Below, piece by piece: positions 41,861 through 49,718 of a DNA stretch of 64,000 nt. This stretch comes from Verrucomicrobiota bacterium (lineage in GTDB: Bacteria > Verrucomicrobiota > Verrucomicrobiia > Chthoniobacterales > Terrimicrobiaceae): NCBI GenBank assembly GCA_017305195.1, contig JAFKMU010000049.1:38638-102637 (forward strand), in the 5' to 3' direction. The notes below the pieces were generated by a model that was given only the letters and a program-made list of their open reading frames with translations, searched no databases and was not told where the DNA came from. The translations under genes and the position numbers were made by a program. Numbering within the stretch: the first letter of the stretch is position 1; every line of letters begins with the position of its first letter.

Positions 41861-43246
41861 GCTTCCCGCCGTGGGCGAAGGAACGCTGCCGATCCAGGCG
41901 GCGAGATGCACGTCGCGCACGCTGACTCCGGCGCGCTGGGCCACCTCGCGGCAGGATTCATACTCCGGCGCGGCCTGCACGATCTCGTCGCCGAGGAAGC
42001 CGACCTTGATGCGCACGGTGCCATAGGGCGTCTCGACGTCGCGGAATTCGCGGCGGAGCTTCATGCGCTGCATGCGGTCGAGGCGGATGCCAAAGGCGCT
42101 GGTTTCGCGCAGGATGATCGTCGCGATCTCGTCGACCTTCTCCGGCTGCACCAGCACCGTCAGCAGGAAGCCGGGCCGGTTCTTCTTCATCTGCGCGGCG
42201 GTGTAAAAGACATCGAGTGCCCCGGCGGCGAAGAGACGTTCCATCGTGGCCCCGGCCAGCTCGGGCGTGAGGTCGTCGATGTTGGTCTCGATCTTCACGA
42301 TCTCGTCGGTCTCCGCGCTGGAGTTGCTGGTGGTTTCGCCCAGCGTGGCGCGGAGGACGTTCGGGCGCGGGTAGGTGTCGCGGGTGCCGAGGCCGTAGCC
42401 GACTTTCTCGATGCGCATCTCGGGCATCGGTCCGTAGGAGGAGCAATACTCCGCGAGCAGGGCCGCGCCGGTCGGCGTGATATACTCGGTCGATTCTTCG
42501 ACCTGCTTCAGCGGGATGCCTGCGAGGATCTCCAGCGTGGCGGGCGCGGGCAGGGGGAAGCGGCCATGGGCGCAGTCAATCCACCCAGAGCCCTCGACCA
42601 GACGCGAGGCCAGGACACACTCGATGCCGAGGGCGTCAATACCGGCGCAGGCCGCCACGATGTCGGCGATGGAATCAATCGCGCCGACCTCGTGAAAGGT
42701 GATCTCCTCGGGATCGATGCCGTGGATTTTGCCCTCGGCGAGGGCGATACGGTGAAAGACGGCGAGGGCGCGGGCCTTCGGGGCTTCGGCGAGCGTACTG
42801 GCTTCGAGGAGCGCGCGGATTTCGCGGTAGCTGCGGCCATGGGCGTGGTCACACCCCTCGTACTGATGCGCATGCTCGTGACTGTGCTCATGGGAATGCT
42901 CCCCATGCTCGTGCTCATGCGCGTGAGAGTGGGTATGTTCGCCGTGCTCGTGGCTGTGGGTATGCTCGTGCGAATGGCCGTGCTCGTGCTGATGCCCGCC
43001 ATGTTCATGGGAGTGCCCATGCTCCCCGTGGGAATGCCCGTGATCGTGGGCGGCGTGAACGTCGAATTTCCACCCGGCGATATTTTGCTTGTGGCCGCGC
43101 CGGAAGTGGATGTGAAACTCCTCCGCCAGCCCGAGCGAGGCGATGGCCTGCTGGAAAACCTCCTCCGGTACGCCGAGGTCGCGCAAGGCGCCGACGGTCA
43201 TGTCGCCGCTGATGCCGGAGAAACAATCGAGATAAAGGGTGCGCAT
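41858..43246 (-). CDS. larC: LarC-family nickel insertion protein (pyridinium-3,5-bisthiocarboxylate mononucleotide nickel chelatase homologue, DUF111). It carries a roughly 65-aa His-rich insertion.
   Basis: N-terminal MRTLYLDCFSGISGDM typical of LarC/UPF0272 and a C-terminal LarC2-like domain. An insert of (H-x)n repeats lies at aa 65-130: HDHGHSHGEHGHSHEHGGHQHEHGHSHEHTHSHEHGEHTHSHAHEHEHGEHSHEHSHEHAH. Confidence 0.75.
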   Translation of the reverse strand: MRTLYLDCFSGISGDMTVGALRDLGVPEEVFQQAIASLGLAEEFHIHFRRGHKQNIAGWKFDVHAAHDHGHSHGEHGHSHEHGGHQHEHGHSHEHTHSHEHGEHTHSHAHEHEHGEHSHEHSHEHAHQYEGCDHAHGRSYREIRALLEASTLAEAPKARALAVFHRIALAEGKIHGIDPEEITFHEVGAIDSIADIVAACAGIDALGIECVLASRLVEGSGWIDCAHGRFPLPAPATLEILAGIPLKQVEESTEYITPTGAALLAEYCSSYGPMPEMRIEKVGYGLGTRDTYPRPNVLRATLGETTSNSSAETDEIVKIETNIDDLTPELAGATMERLFAAGALDVFYTAAQMKKNRPGFLLTVLVQPEKVDEIATIILRETSAFGIRLDRMQRMKLRREFRDVETPYGTVRIKVGFLGDEIVQAAPEYESCREVAQRAGVSVRDVHLAAWIGSVPSPTAGS

Positions 43247-43283
43247 GGCGGGAGAGTGCGAGGTGTGCGGAGGTTAAAGCGCC

Positions 43284-44081
43284 TTAGTTCGAAGGCTTGA
43301 GGACGCCGCTGGCGAGGGGGAGCACGGTATTGGCTCCGCCCGTGACGACGGTGGTGGGGGCGACGCCGTTCCATTTGTCGACGGCGCGGAGCTCGAGGAT
43401 CTTCGGGTTTTGCGAGAGGGCGTCGGCGATGACCTTGATCGACTTGGCCTCGCCCTCGGCCTTGATGATGGCGGTCTCGGCCTCGATGCGCGTCTGGTCC
43501 TGGGTGAAGCGCGCCTGGGCGGCCTTTTGCTCGCTGACCATCTTTTGCTCGATGGCCTTCTCAAGTTCCGAGGAAAGGGCGATGTCCTCCAGCACGAGGT
43601 CGTCGATGGTGACGATATCGCCGAGCTTCTGGCGGAGAAGGTCGAGGGCGGCGCGTTTCACCTGCTCGCGCTCCTTCACGATCTTCTCGGCGGTGCGCTG
43701 GGCGGTGACCTCTTTGATGGCCTCCTGCGTGCGCGGCTTGAGGATGGAGTTTTCCACGCTGCCGCCGTAGTCGACGTAGAGCTTCACGATCTGGTTGAGC
43801 GGGAACTGGTAATTCACCGTGATCGTGGCGGTGACGGTCTGGAGGTCGGAGCTGAAGCACTGGGTGGGAAACTTCAGCGTCTGCACCTTCACGGGCACCT
43901 CGACGATGCGGGTGACAAAGGGCGTACGCAGCCCGGTGCCGCTCGGGAGCGGGGCGGGATCGACCGTGCCCAGGGTGATTTTCACCCCCGCGAGACCGGG
44001 ATTGACCACGTAAAAGGAGTTCATCAGCAGAATGGCGGCGATGATCAGGACGATGACGACGAGGGTACCGGCGGCTTTCAT
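43284..44081 (-). CDS. SPFH/Band-7 (prohibitin/HflC-like) membrane protein.
   Basis: N-terminal TM, an SPFH domain and a coiled-coil with an EAxxA-type region. Confidence 0.8.
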   Translation of the reverse strand: MKAAGTLVVIVLIIAAILLMNSFYVVNPGLAGVKITLGTVDPAPLPSGTGLRTPFVTRIVEVPVKVQTLKFPTQCFSSDLQTVTATITVNYQFPLNQIVKLYVDYGGSVENSILKPRTQEAIKEVTAQRTAEKIVKEREQVKRAALDLLRQKLGDIVTIDDLVLEDIALSSELEKAIEQKMVSEQKAAQARFTQDQTRIEAETAIIKAEGEAKSIKVIADALSQNPKILELRAVDKWNGVAPTTVVTGGANTVLPLASGVLKPSN

Positions 44082-44177
44082 GAAAATGGTGTTGGCGCGG
44101 AGAGGCTCCGGGCGTCCTGGAAGCTTAGAGAGCAGGGCCGGGGAGGCAAGAAAACGATGCTTGCCGCCCTACGCAGG

Positions 44178-45161
44178 TCAGGCGGGGAAGGCGGAAATCC
44201 GCTCCCCGTTGCGCAGGCGGGAGCGGAGGTCGGCCAGCCGGGCGTCGATTTCCACGAGCCGGGTGACCATGGCCTGCTCCTCCGGGCCGGGCGTGATGAC
44301 ATCCTGCACCGCGCCGTGACGGATGACGAGGCGGCGGGACCCCGAGAGGGCCAGCAGCGGGTCGTGGGTGGAGAGCAGAACGATCTTGCCCTTGCGCACG
44401 AAGAGATCGAGGGCGGCGCGGCGGTCCACCCCGGCATTCTCGATTTCGTCGATGAGGACGACGGGCTTTGGGCTGAGAAAGGCCGCGTCGGCGATCATGA
44501 GGGCGCGGGACTGGCCGCCGCTCAACTGCGTGACCTGGGTGTCGGCGTCGAAGGGTTCGCCCGCCATCGCCACGGCGGCGCGGAGGACCTGGTCGACGAT
44601 GGGCGCGGGATCGGTCAATGCCCGGCTCTCCGCATGCATGTGGAGGAACTCGCCGACGGGCAGGTCGATGACGAAGTTCATATTCTGCGAAATCTGCGCG
44701 ACCAGCCCGCTTTCCCCCGAGAAGCGCTCGGCGTCGCCGGGCGGCTGGCCATTGATGAGCACCTGGCGGCCCGTCGGGGTGTCGCGCTGGGCGAGGCACT
44801 CGATGTCGGCCAGCAGGCGGCTCTTCCCGGCTCCGGTCGGCCCGACGAGGCAGACGACATCGCCGGGGGCAAAGCGCAGGTCGTACCGTTCGGGCGCGCC
44901 GCTTTTGTCCCGACCGCGCAGCACGTCGAGCGAATGCAGCGCCATTTCCCTGCCGGGTGGGCGGTCGAGGGTGAGAAACTCCGCATACCGCGCGGCGAGC
45001 GTCTCCGGGTCGAGGCCGGTATCCTCGCGCTGCTCCCACGTGAGCGCGGCCCAGTAGGCCTCGGGCGAACCCGCATCCGCGCGGGCGGGGAGATGGTGCA
45101 GGCGCAGGAACTCGGCGAACCTCGCGGCGTCAAAGGGCGCGGGCGAAAGGGCGGTGGTCAT
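44178..45161 (-). CDS. Soluble ABC-type ATPase with an N-terminal extension of about 110 aa and no adjacent permease. Start is internal (MTTALSPAPF); the track ORF is extended to 45563.
   Basis: Walker A GPTGAGKS, signature LSGGQ, Walker B VVLIDE and an H-loop STHD. I confirmed ATG at 45159-45161 on the minus strand. Its start overlaps the stop of the upstream GTPase gene. Confidence 0.7.
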   Translation of the reverse strand: MTTALSPAPFDAARFAEFLRLHHLPARADAGSPEAYWAALTWEQREDTGLDPETLAARYAEFLTLDRPPGREMALHSLDVLRGRDKSGAPERYDLRFAPGDVVCLVGPTGAGKSRLLADIECLAQRDTPTGRQVLINGQPPGDAERFSGESGLVAQISQNMNFVIDLPVGEFLHMHAESRALTDPAPIVDQVLRAAVAMAGEPFDADTQVTQLSGGQSRALMIADAAFLSPKPVVLIDEIENAGVDRRAALDLFVRKGKIVLLSTHDPLLALSGSRRLVIRHGAVQDVITPGPEEQAMVTRLVEIDARLADLRSRLRNGERISAFPA

Positions 45162-45847
45162 GACGGGATGGGGATCTTGCGCACGGTGCCGTGCTGGTGG
45201 TCGGACCCGATGCGCGTCTCGCCGAGGCAGTACGAGCACACGGCGGTGGGCACGGAAAAGCGCAGCCGCCCGCCCTCCAGCACTCCGTTCTCCGAGGCGC
45301 TCCGCCAGATGCGCGCGGCTTCCCAGGCGCCCTGGCCGGTGATGCCATTGACAAAGAGGATGCGGGCGCGGGGATTCACCTGCCGCACGCGGAAGGCGAA
45401 GACCTCGCGCTCGGCCTGGCTGACGATGTCGCCCTTGGTGATGACGACGAGGTCGGCGGTCTTCAGCATCGGGCCGACTTTGCGTGGGGTATTGACTCCC
45501 GACAGCGCATCGAGCACGCAGACGGCGAGGAATCCCCGGATGTGCGGCGCGCAGCGATTGCACAGCCCCGCGCTCTCGGTCACGAGGAGGTCGAGGCCCA
45601 GTCGCTCGCCCCAGGCGGCGCAGTCCTCGATGTTGGAGATGAAGTAGTGGTCGGGGCAGAAGCCCGAGGAAATGCCCACCAGCGCCGGGATCTCGTGCCG
45701 CTCGAAGACGGCGGCATCCTGCGTGCTCAGGCAGTCAAACTTCACCACGCCCACGCGCAGCCCGTCATCGCGCAGGGCGAGGAGCGTGCGCACGATGAGG
45801 CTGGTCTTGCCGCTGGAGGGCGGCCCGGCGACGGTGACGAGGCGCAT
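45158..45847 (-). CDS. G3E-family P-loop GTPase (HypB/UreG/CobW-like metallochaperone-type).
   Basis: Walker A GPPSSGKTS, ESAG motif followed by CxxC (LCNRC), and an NKxD-like TKGD. The size (229 aa) matches HypB/UreG. Confidence 0.55.
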   Translation of the reverse strand: MRLVTVAGPPSSGKTSLIVRTLLALRDDGLRVGVVKFDCLSTQDAAVFERHEIPALVGISSGFCPDHYFISNIEDCAAWGERLGLDLLVTESAGLCNRCAPHIRGFLAVCVLDALSGVNTPRKVGPMLKTADLVVITKGDIVSQAEREVFAFRVRQVNPRARILFVNGITGQGAWEAARIWRSASENGVLEGGRLRFSVPTAVCSYCLGETRIGSDHQHGTVRKIPIPS

Positions 45848-45853
45848 GGCGTT

Positions 45854-46906
45854 TCAGCGGGCGGAGTTGAAGATTGCGAGCAGTTCCTCGCGCAGCGCGT
45901 CGAGGTCGTGCGAGCGGATGAAATCCCACCCCATCCACGAGAGCCTGCCCGGGAGCGGCTGCTGACCGGGATGGCTGTAGGCAAAGGGAATACCGACAGA
46001 CTCGATGTAGGCCGCCCACTCGGGGCCGAGCAGGTAGCGCAGCGCGAGGTCGCTGGCGGGGCGGCGGCTGCGCTTGCCGAGGAGCATGAGCGGATTGAAC
46101 CACGCGCCTTCCTCGGGCCAGATGACCTCGGCGGCGGGACCACGCACGGCCTTGGCAAAGAAGCCATTGAGCACGAAGACCGCCGTGCCCTGCGGGCTGC
46201 CCAGCCCGGCGAGCTTCGCCATGCGGGCGGGGGGCGAGAACTCCGCCACGTTGCGGGCCAGCGCCTTCACGCCCTCCTCGCCGTGGTGCTTCCAAGTGTT
46301 GAAAAGCAGCACGTCGGGGGCGCGGCCATGGTGGCCCGCGATGGTGACGTCGCCCTGGTAGATGGGATCGAGCACGTCCTGCCACGAGCGCGGGGCGGGG
46401 CGGCCTTTCAGCTTGTCGTGGTCCACGAGGAGGAGCGAGGGAAACGCGCCGTAGATGGTGATGCCGCCGCACGGGTCGATGATTCCCGCCTCCGCCAGCT
46501 CGGGGCGAATCTCCAGCCCGCCCGTCGCGATGGGCGAGAGGATGCCGGTTTCGATCCAGCGGCGGTGGGCCTCGGGTTTGAAGAAATCGCTATTCCCGCC
46601 ATCGCTGATCAGGCCGGGGAGGGTTTCCTCCGTGCCGTTCTGCCAGACGAGGTCGTAGGGATCGTCGCCGCCGCAGCCATTGGGCGAGAACCACTCCACG
46701 GGGCCAAACTCCGCCTCGTGTCGACGGAAGTGCAGGTGGAGCTGGCGCTGCATTTCCTGCCGGATCGGGCAGGGGGCGTAGCCGAGGAAGTCGAGGGCGC
46801 GCGGCTTCGCGCCATAGGTTTCGGGAAAGGAGGGAATCTCCTCCTGCGGGTCGATGTCGGCGATGGGCGTGGGCATGGCGGTAGTGTGAGGTTCACTTCC
46901 CACCAA
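45854..46906 (-). CDS. Hypothetical cytoplasmic protein resembling a solute-binding-protein fold, with no signal peptide.
   Basis: 350-aa ORF co-directional with, and 7 bp upstream of, the GTPase gene. The SBP-like impression rests on overall pattern only and is weak. Confidence 0.35.
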   Translation of the reverse strand: MVGSEPHTTAMPTPIADIDPQEEIPSFPETYGAKPRALDFLGYAPCPIRQEMQRQLHLHFRRHEAEFGPVEWFSPNGCGGDDPYDLVWQNGTEETLPGLISDGGNSDFFKPEAHRRWIETGILSPIATGGLEIRPELAEAGIIDPCGGITIYGAFPSLLLVDHDKLKGRPAPRSWQDVLDPIYQGDVTIAGHHGRAPDVLLFNTWKHHGEEGVKALARNVAEFSPPARMAKLAGLGSPQGTAVFVLNGFFAKAVRGPAAEVIWPEEGAWFNPLMLLGKRSRRPASDLALRYLLGPEWAAYIESVGIPFAYSHPGQQPLPGRLSWMGWDFIRSHDLDALREELLAIFNSAR

Positions 46907-47038
46907 GGCAGAGCCGCTACCCTTCGCTCATCGAAGGATGCCCCTGCACCCAAGGCAGCTTGAGTTCGCCGGGAGAATACCGTCGGGCGCGGCGGGCGTC
47001 AATTCCGCGTGATGCCCGGGCGTTGTCGACAGATGCCG

Positions 47039-47836
47039 CTACACGATCTCGCAGCGAGGCCCGGCTTCCTTGATGGCGCGGATGGCGCAGGCGGGCAGGG
47101 CGCTGTCGGAGAGGACGTGGTGGACCTTGCCGAGCGGCGCGACCTTGATGAAGCCCGCCTTCTCCCACTTGCTGGAGTCGGCCAGGAGATAAACCTCGCG
47201 CGATGCGTCGATCATGGCGCGCTTCATCTGGGCGATTTCCGTCGTAGTGTCGGTGAGGCCGCTGGCGGCGTCAAAGGCCTGCGTGCCGAGGAAAAGACGC
47301 GAGATGTTGAACTCCGACAGGGCGTGCAAAGCCTGCGGGCCGAGCGTGCTCGACGACGTACGGCTGTAGGTTCCGCCCAGGAGAATGAGTCGGCAGCGCA
47401 GATGCGCGCCCACGGCAGCGGCGACGTTGAGGGCGTTGGTCACGATGGTGATGTCGTCGACCTCGGTGAGAAAGGGGACCATCTCCACGGCGGTCGTTCC
47501 GGCGTCGATGAGAATGATGTCGCGCGGGCGGACGTGGCGGGCGGCGGCCGCGGCGATGGCGCGCTTTTGCGTGGAGTTCAGCCCCTGGCGCTCCTCCATG
47601 CCGGAGAGCGACGTAAGCAGGGTGCGGCCGGGCAGGGTGCGCACGGCTCCTCCATGTTCGCGCCGCAGGAGTCCCTCCTCCTCCATGGCGGCGAGGTCGG
47701 CCCGCACGGTGACGGTGGAGACGGCGAAGTGCTTTGCCAGATCGCGCACCCGCACCACGCCCTGCCGCTGGAGTTGCTCCAGGATGGCATCGCGGCGCTG
47801 GGTGGTCGAGAGGTCTTGGGGGAGCGGGGTAGGCAT
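47039..47836 (-). CDS. fruR: DeoR/GlpR-family transcriptional regulator, probably the fructose-operon repressor. Start is internal (MPTPLPQDLS); the track ORF is extended to 47986.
   Basis: N-terminal HTH (VRVRDLAKHFAVSTVTVRADL) and a DeoR C-terminal sugar-phosphate sensor domain. It is divergent from fruA. Confidence 0.8.
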   Translation of the reverse strand: MPTPLPQDLSTTQRRDAILEQLQRQGVVRVRDLAKHFAVSTVTVRADLAAMEEEGLLRREHGGAVRTLPGRTLLTSLSGMEERQGLNSTQKRAIAAAAARHVRPRDIILIDAGTTAVEMVPFLTEVDDITIVTNALNVAAAVGAHLRCRLILLGGTYSRTSSSTLGPQALHALSEFNISRLFLGTQAFDAASGLTDTTTEIAQMKRAMIDASREVYLLADSSKWEKAGFIKVAPLGKVHHVLSDSALPACAIRAIKEAGPRCEIV

Positions 47837-47926
47837 GCTCAAACGAAAGATAGAGAAATCAAAAGCCGGGGAAATGATAAAAATTTCCGCACAGAGTTTT
47901 ATTTCTCTTGCGCAAAACGAAAGCAA

Positions 47927-49708
47927 ATGAAAGTATGCGCCCAAGTTCCCCCGCAGTACCCCGTTTCCATCTCCCCCATGAAACACCTCGTCGCAGTCGT
48001 ATCTTCCTCAGCCGCCCCGGCTCATTCCCAACTCGCATCGGAGGCGCTCCGCTCCGTCGGCGCTGCGATGGGGTATGAGGTCGCGGTGGAAATTCCCACC
48101 CTAACCGCGCCGCTCTCCGCCAGCCAGATCGCCGCTGCCGAGGCGGTGATCCTCGCGTCGGACGCGAAAGTCGACGCCTCGCGCTTCGCGGGCAAGCAGG
48201 TCTACGGGACGCGGGTGAGCGAGGCGATTCGCGATACACGGGCCATCCTGGAGGCGGCACTCCAGCTTGCCACGATCCCGGCAGGCGCGCCGGTTTCCGC
48301 TCCCGCCGCCGCTCCGGCTGCGCCGCAGGGCGTGAAAAAACTCGTCGCCATCACCTCCTGTCCCACGGGGATCGCTCATACCTTCATGGCGGCCGAGGCG
48401 CTGCAAAAGGCCGCCAGGGCGCTCGGGTACGAGATCAAGGTCGAGACGCAGGGTTCCGTGGGGGCGAAAAACACGCTGACCGCCGAGGATGTCGCCGCCG
48501 CCGATGCCGTGGTGATCGCGGCGGAAACGAAGGTCGACCTTTCGCGCTTCGCCGGGAAGCCCATCTACTCGACCGGCACGAAGGAAGCCATCCACGCCGG
48601 GCAGAAAGTCCTCCAGACCGCGCTGGAACAGCCGAAGAGCGATTCTCTCGCCAGCTCGGTCGAAAAGCTGAAAGCTGAGAGATCGCGGTCCCGCACCGGC
48701 CCGTACAAGCACCTCATGACAGGCGTTTCCTACATGCTGCCCGTCGTCATCGCGGGCGGCCTGTCCATCGCGCTGGCCTTTGCCTTCGGCGGCATTTATG
48801 CGGGCAAGCAGGAGGGAACTCTCGCGGCGGCGCTCACCCTCATCGGCGGCGACGTGGCGTTTCATCTCTTCGTCGCGGTCTTCGCGGGATTTATTGCCTT
48901 TTCCATCGCCGACCGGCCCGGCATCACGCCCGGCCTCATCGGCGGCATGCTGGCGCAGAACCTCGGCGCGGGCTTCCTCGGCGGCATCGCGGCGGGTTTC
49001 CTCGCGGGCTACCTGACGAAGTTCCTCGCGGAAAAGATCAAGCTCCCGGCCACGCTGGAGGGCTTGAAGCCTGTGCTCATCCTGCCCTTTCTCAGCTCCA
49101 TCATCGTCGGCCTCGCCATGATCTACATCATCGCGCCGCCGGTGCAGGTGGTGCTCTCGGCGCTGACGACGTGGCTCCAGGGCATGCAGGGCGCGAACGC
49201 CCTCCTGCTCGGCGTGATCCTCGGCGGCATGATGGCCTTTGACATGGGAGGACCAGTCAATAAAGCCGCCTACACCTTTGCCGTCGGCCTGCTGGCCAGC
49301 AAGGTCTACGCGCCGATGGGCGCGGTGATCGTGGCGGGCATGACCCCGGCGCTCGGCGTGGCCGTGGCGGCGTGGCTCTTCCGCAATCGCTTCGATGTCG
49401 AGGAGCGCGAGGCGGCGGGTCCAGCCTTCGTGCTCGGGCTGTCATTCATCACGGAGGGGGCGATTCCCTTCGCTGCGAAAGATCCGGTGCGCGTGATCCC
49501 GGCGCTCATCGCGGGTTCCGCCGTGGGCGGGGCGCTGGCGATGTGGAGCGGTGTGCTTTTCCTCGTGCCGCATGGCGGGATCTTTGCCGCCATCATCCCC
49601 GGCGCGGTGCAGCACCTCGGGGCCTTCTTCATCGCGCTGGTGGCTGGAACGCTGGTGACCGTGGCCGCGCTCTTCCTCGTCAAGAAACCCATCGCAGCCC
49701 AGGCCTGA
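47927..49708 (+). CDS. fruA: PTS fructose-specific EIIB'BC component. An alternative start is at 47978 (MKHLVAVV); the track ORF 47009.. is over-extended.
   Basis: Degenerate IIB', a true IIB (ITSCPTGIAHTFMAAEAL) and a IIC membrane domain. Confidence 0.8.
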   Translation: MKVCAQVPPQYPVSISPMKHLVAVVSSSAAPAHSQLASEALRSVGAAMGYEVAVEIPTLTAPLSASQIAAAEAVILASDAKVDASRFAGKQVYGTRVSEAIRDTRAILEAALQLATIPAGAPVSAPAAAPAAPQGVKKLVAITSCPTGIAHTFMAAEALQKAARALGYEIKVETQGSVGAKNTLTAEDVAAADAVVIAAETKVDLSRFAGKPIYSTGTKEAIHAGQKVLQTALEQPKSDSLASSVEKLKAERSRSRTGPYKHLMTGVSYMLPVVIAGGLSIALAFAFGGIYAGKQEGTLAAALTLIGGDVAFHLFVAVFAGFIAFSIADRPGITPGLIGGMLAQNLGAGFLGGIAAGFLAGYLTKFLAEKIKLPATLEGLKPVLILPFLSSIIVGLAMIYIIAPPVQVVLSALTTWLQGMQGANALLLGVILGGMMAFDMGGPVNKAAYTFAVGLLASKVYAPMGAVIVAGMTPALGVAVAAWLFRNRFDVEEREAAGPAFVLGLSFITEGAIPFAAKDPVRVIPALIAGSAVGGALAMWSGVLFLVPHGGIFAAIIPGAVQHLGAFFIALVAGTLVTVAALFLVKKPIAAQA

Positions 49709-49718
49709 GGACCATCCC

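Noticed and set aside
42850-43060. Possible CRISPR-like or tandem DNA repeat in the His-codon region.
   Set aside because: The periodicity is only at the codon level (CAC/CAT alternating with other codons) and lies inside a clear LarC reading frame. There is no repeat-spacer architecture.
45162-45563. 134-aa N-terminal extension of the ABC ATPase ORF.
   Set aside because: It is Arg/Pro/His-rich nonsense that overlaps the G3E GTPase gene. The internal ATG at 45161 gives ATGA coupling with the upstream gene.
47009-47926. 5' extension of the fruA ORF (306 aa).
   Set aside because: It overlaps the divergent DeoR regulator gene on the opposite strand and encodes Gly/Asp/Arg-rich low complexity. 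The true start is at 47927 or 47978.
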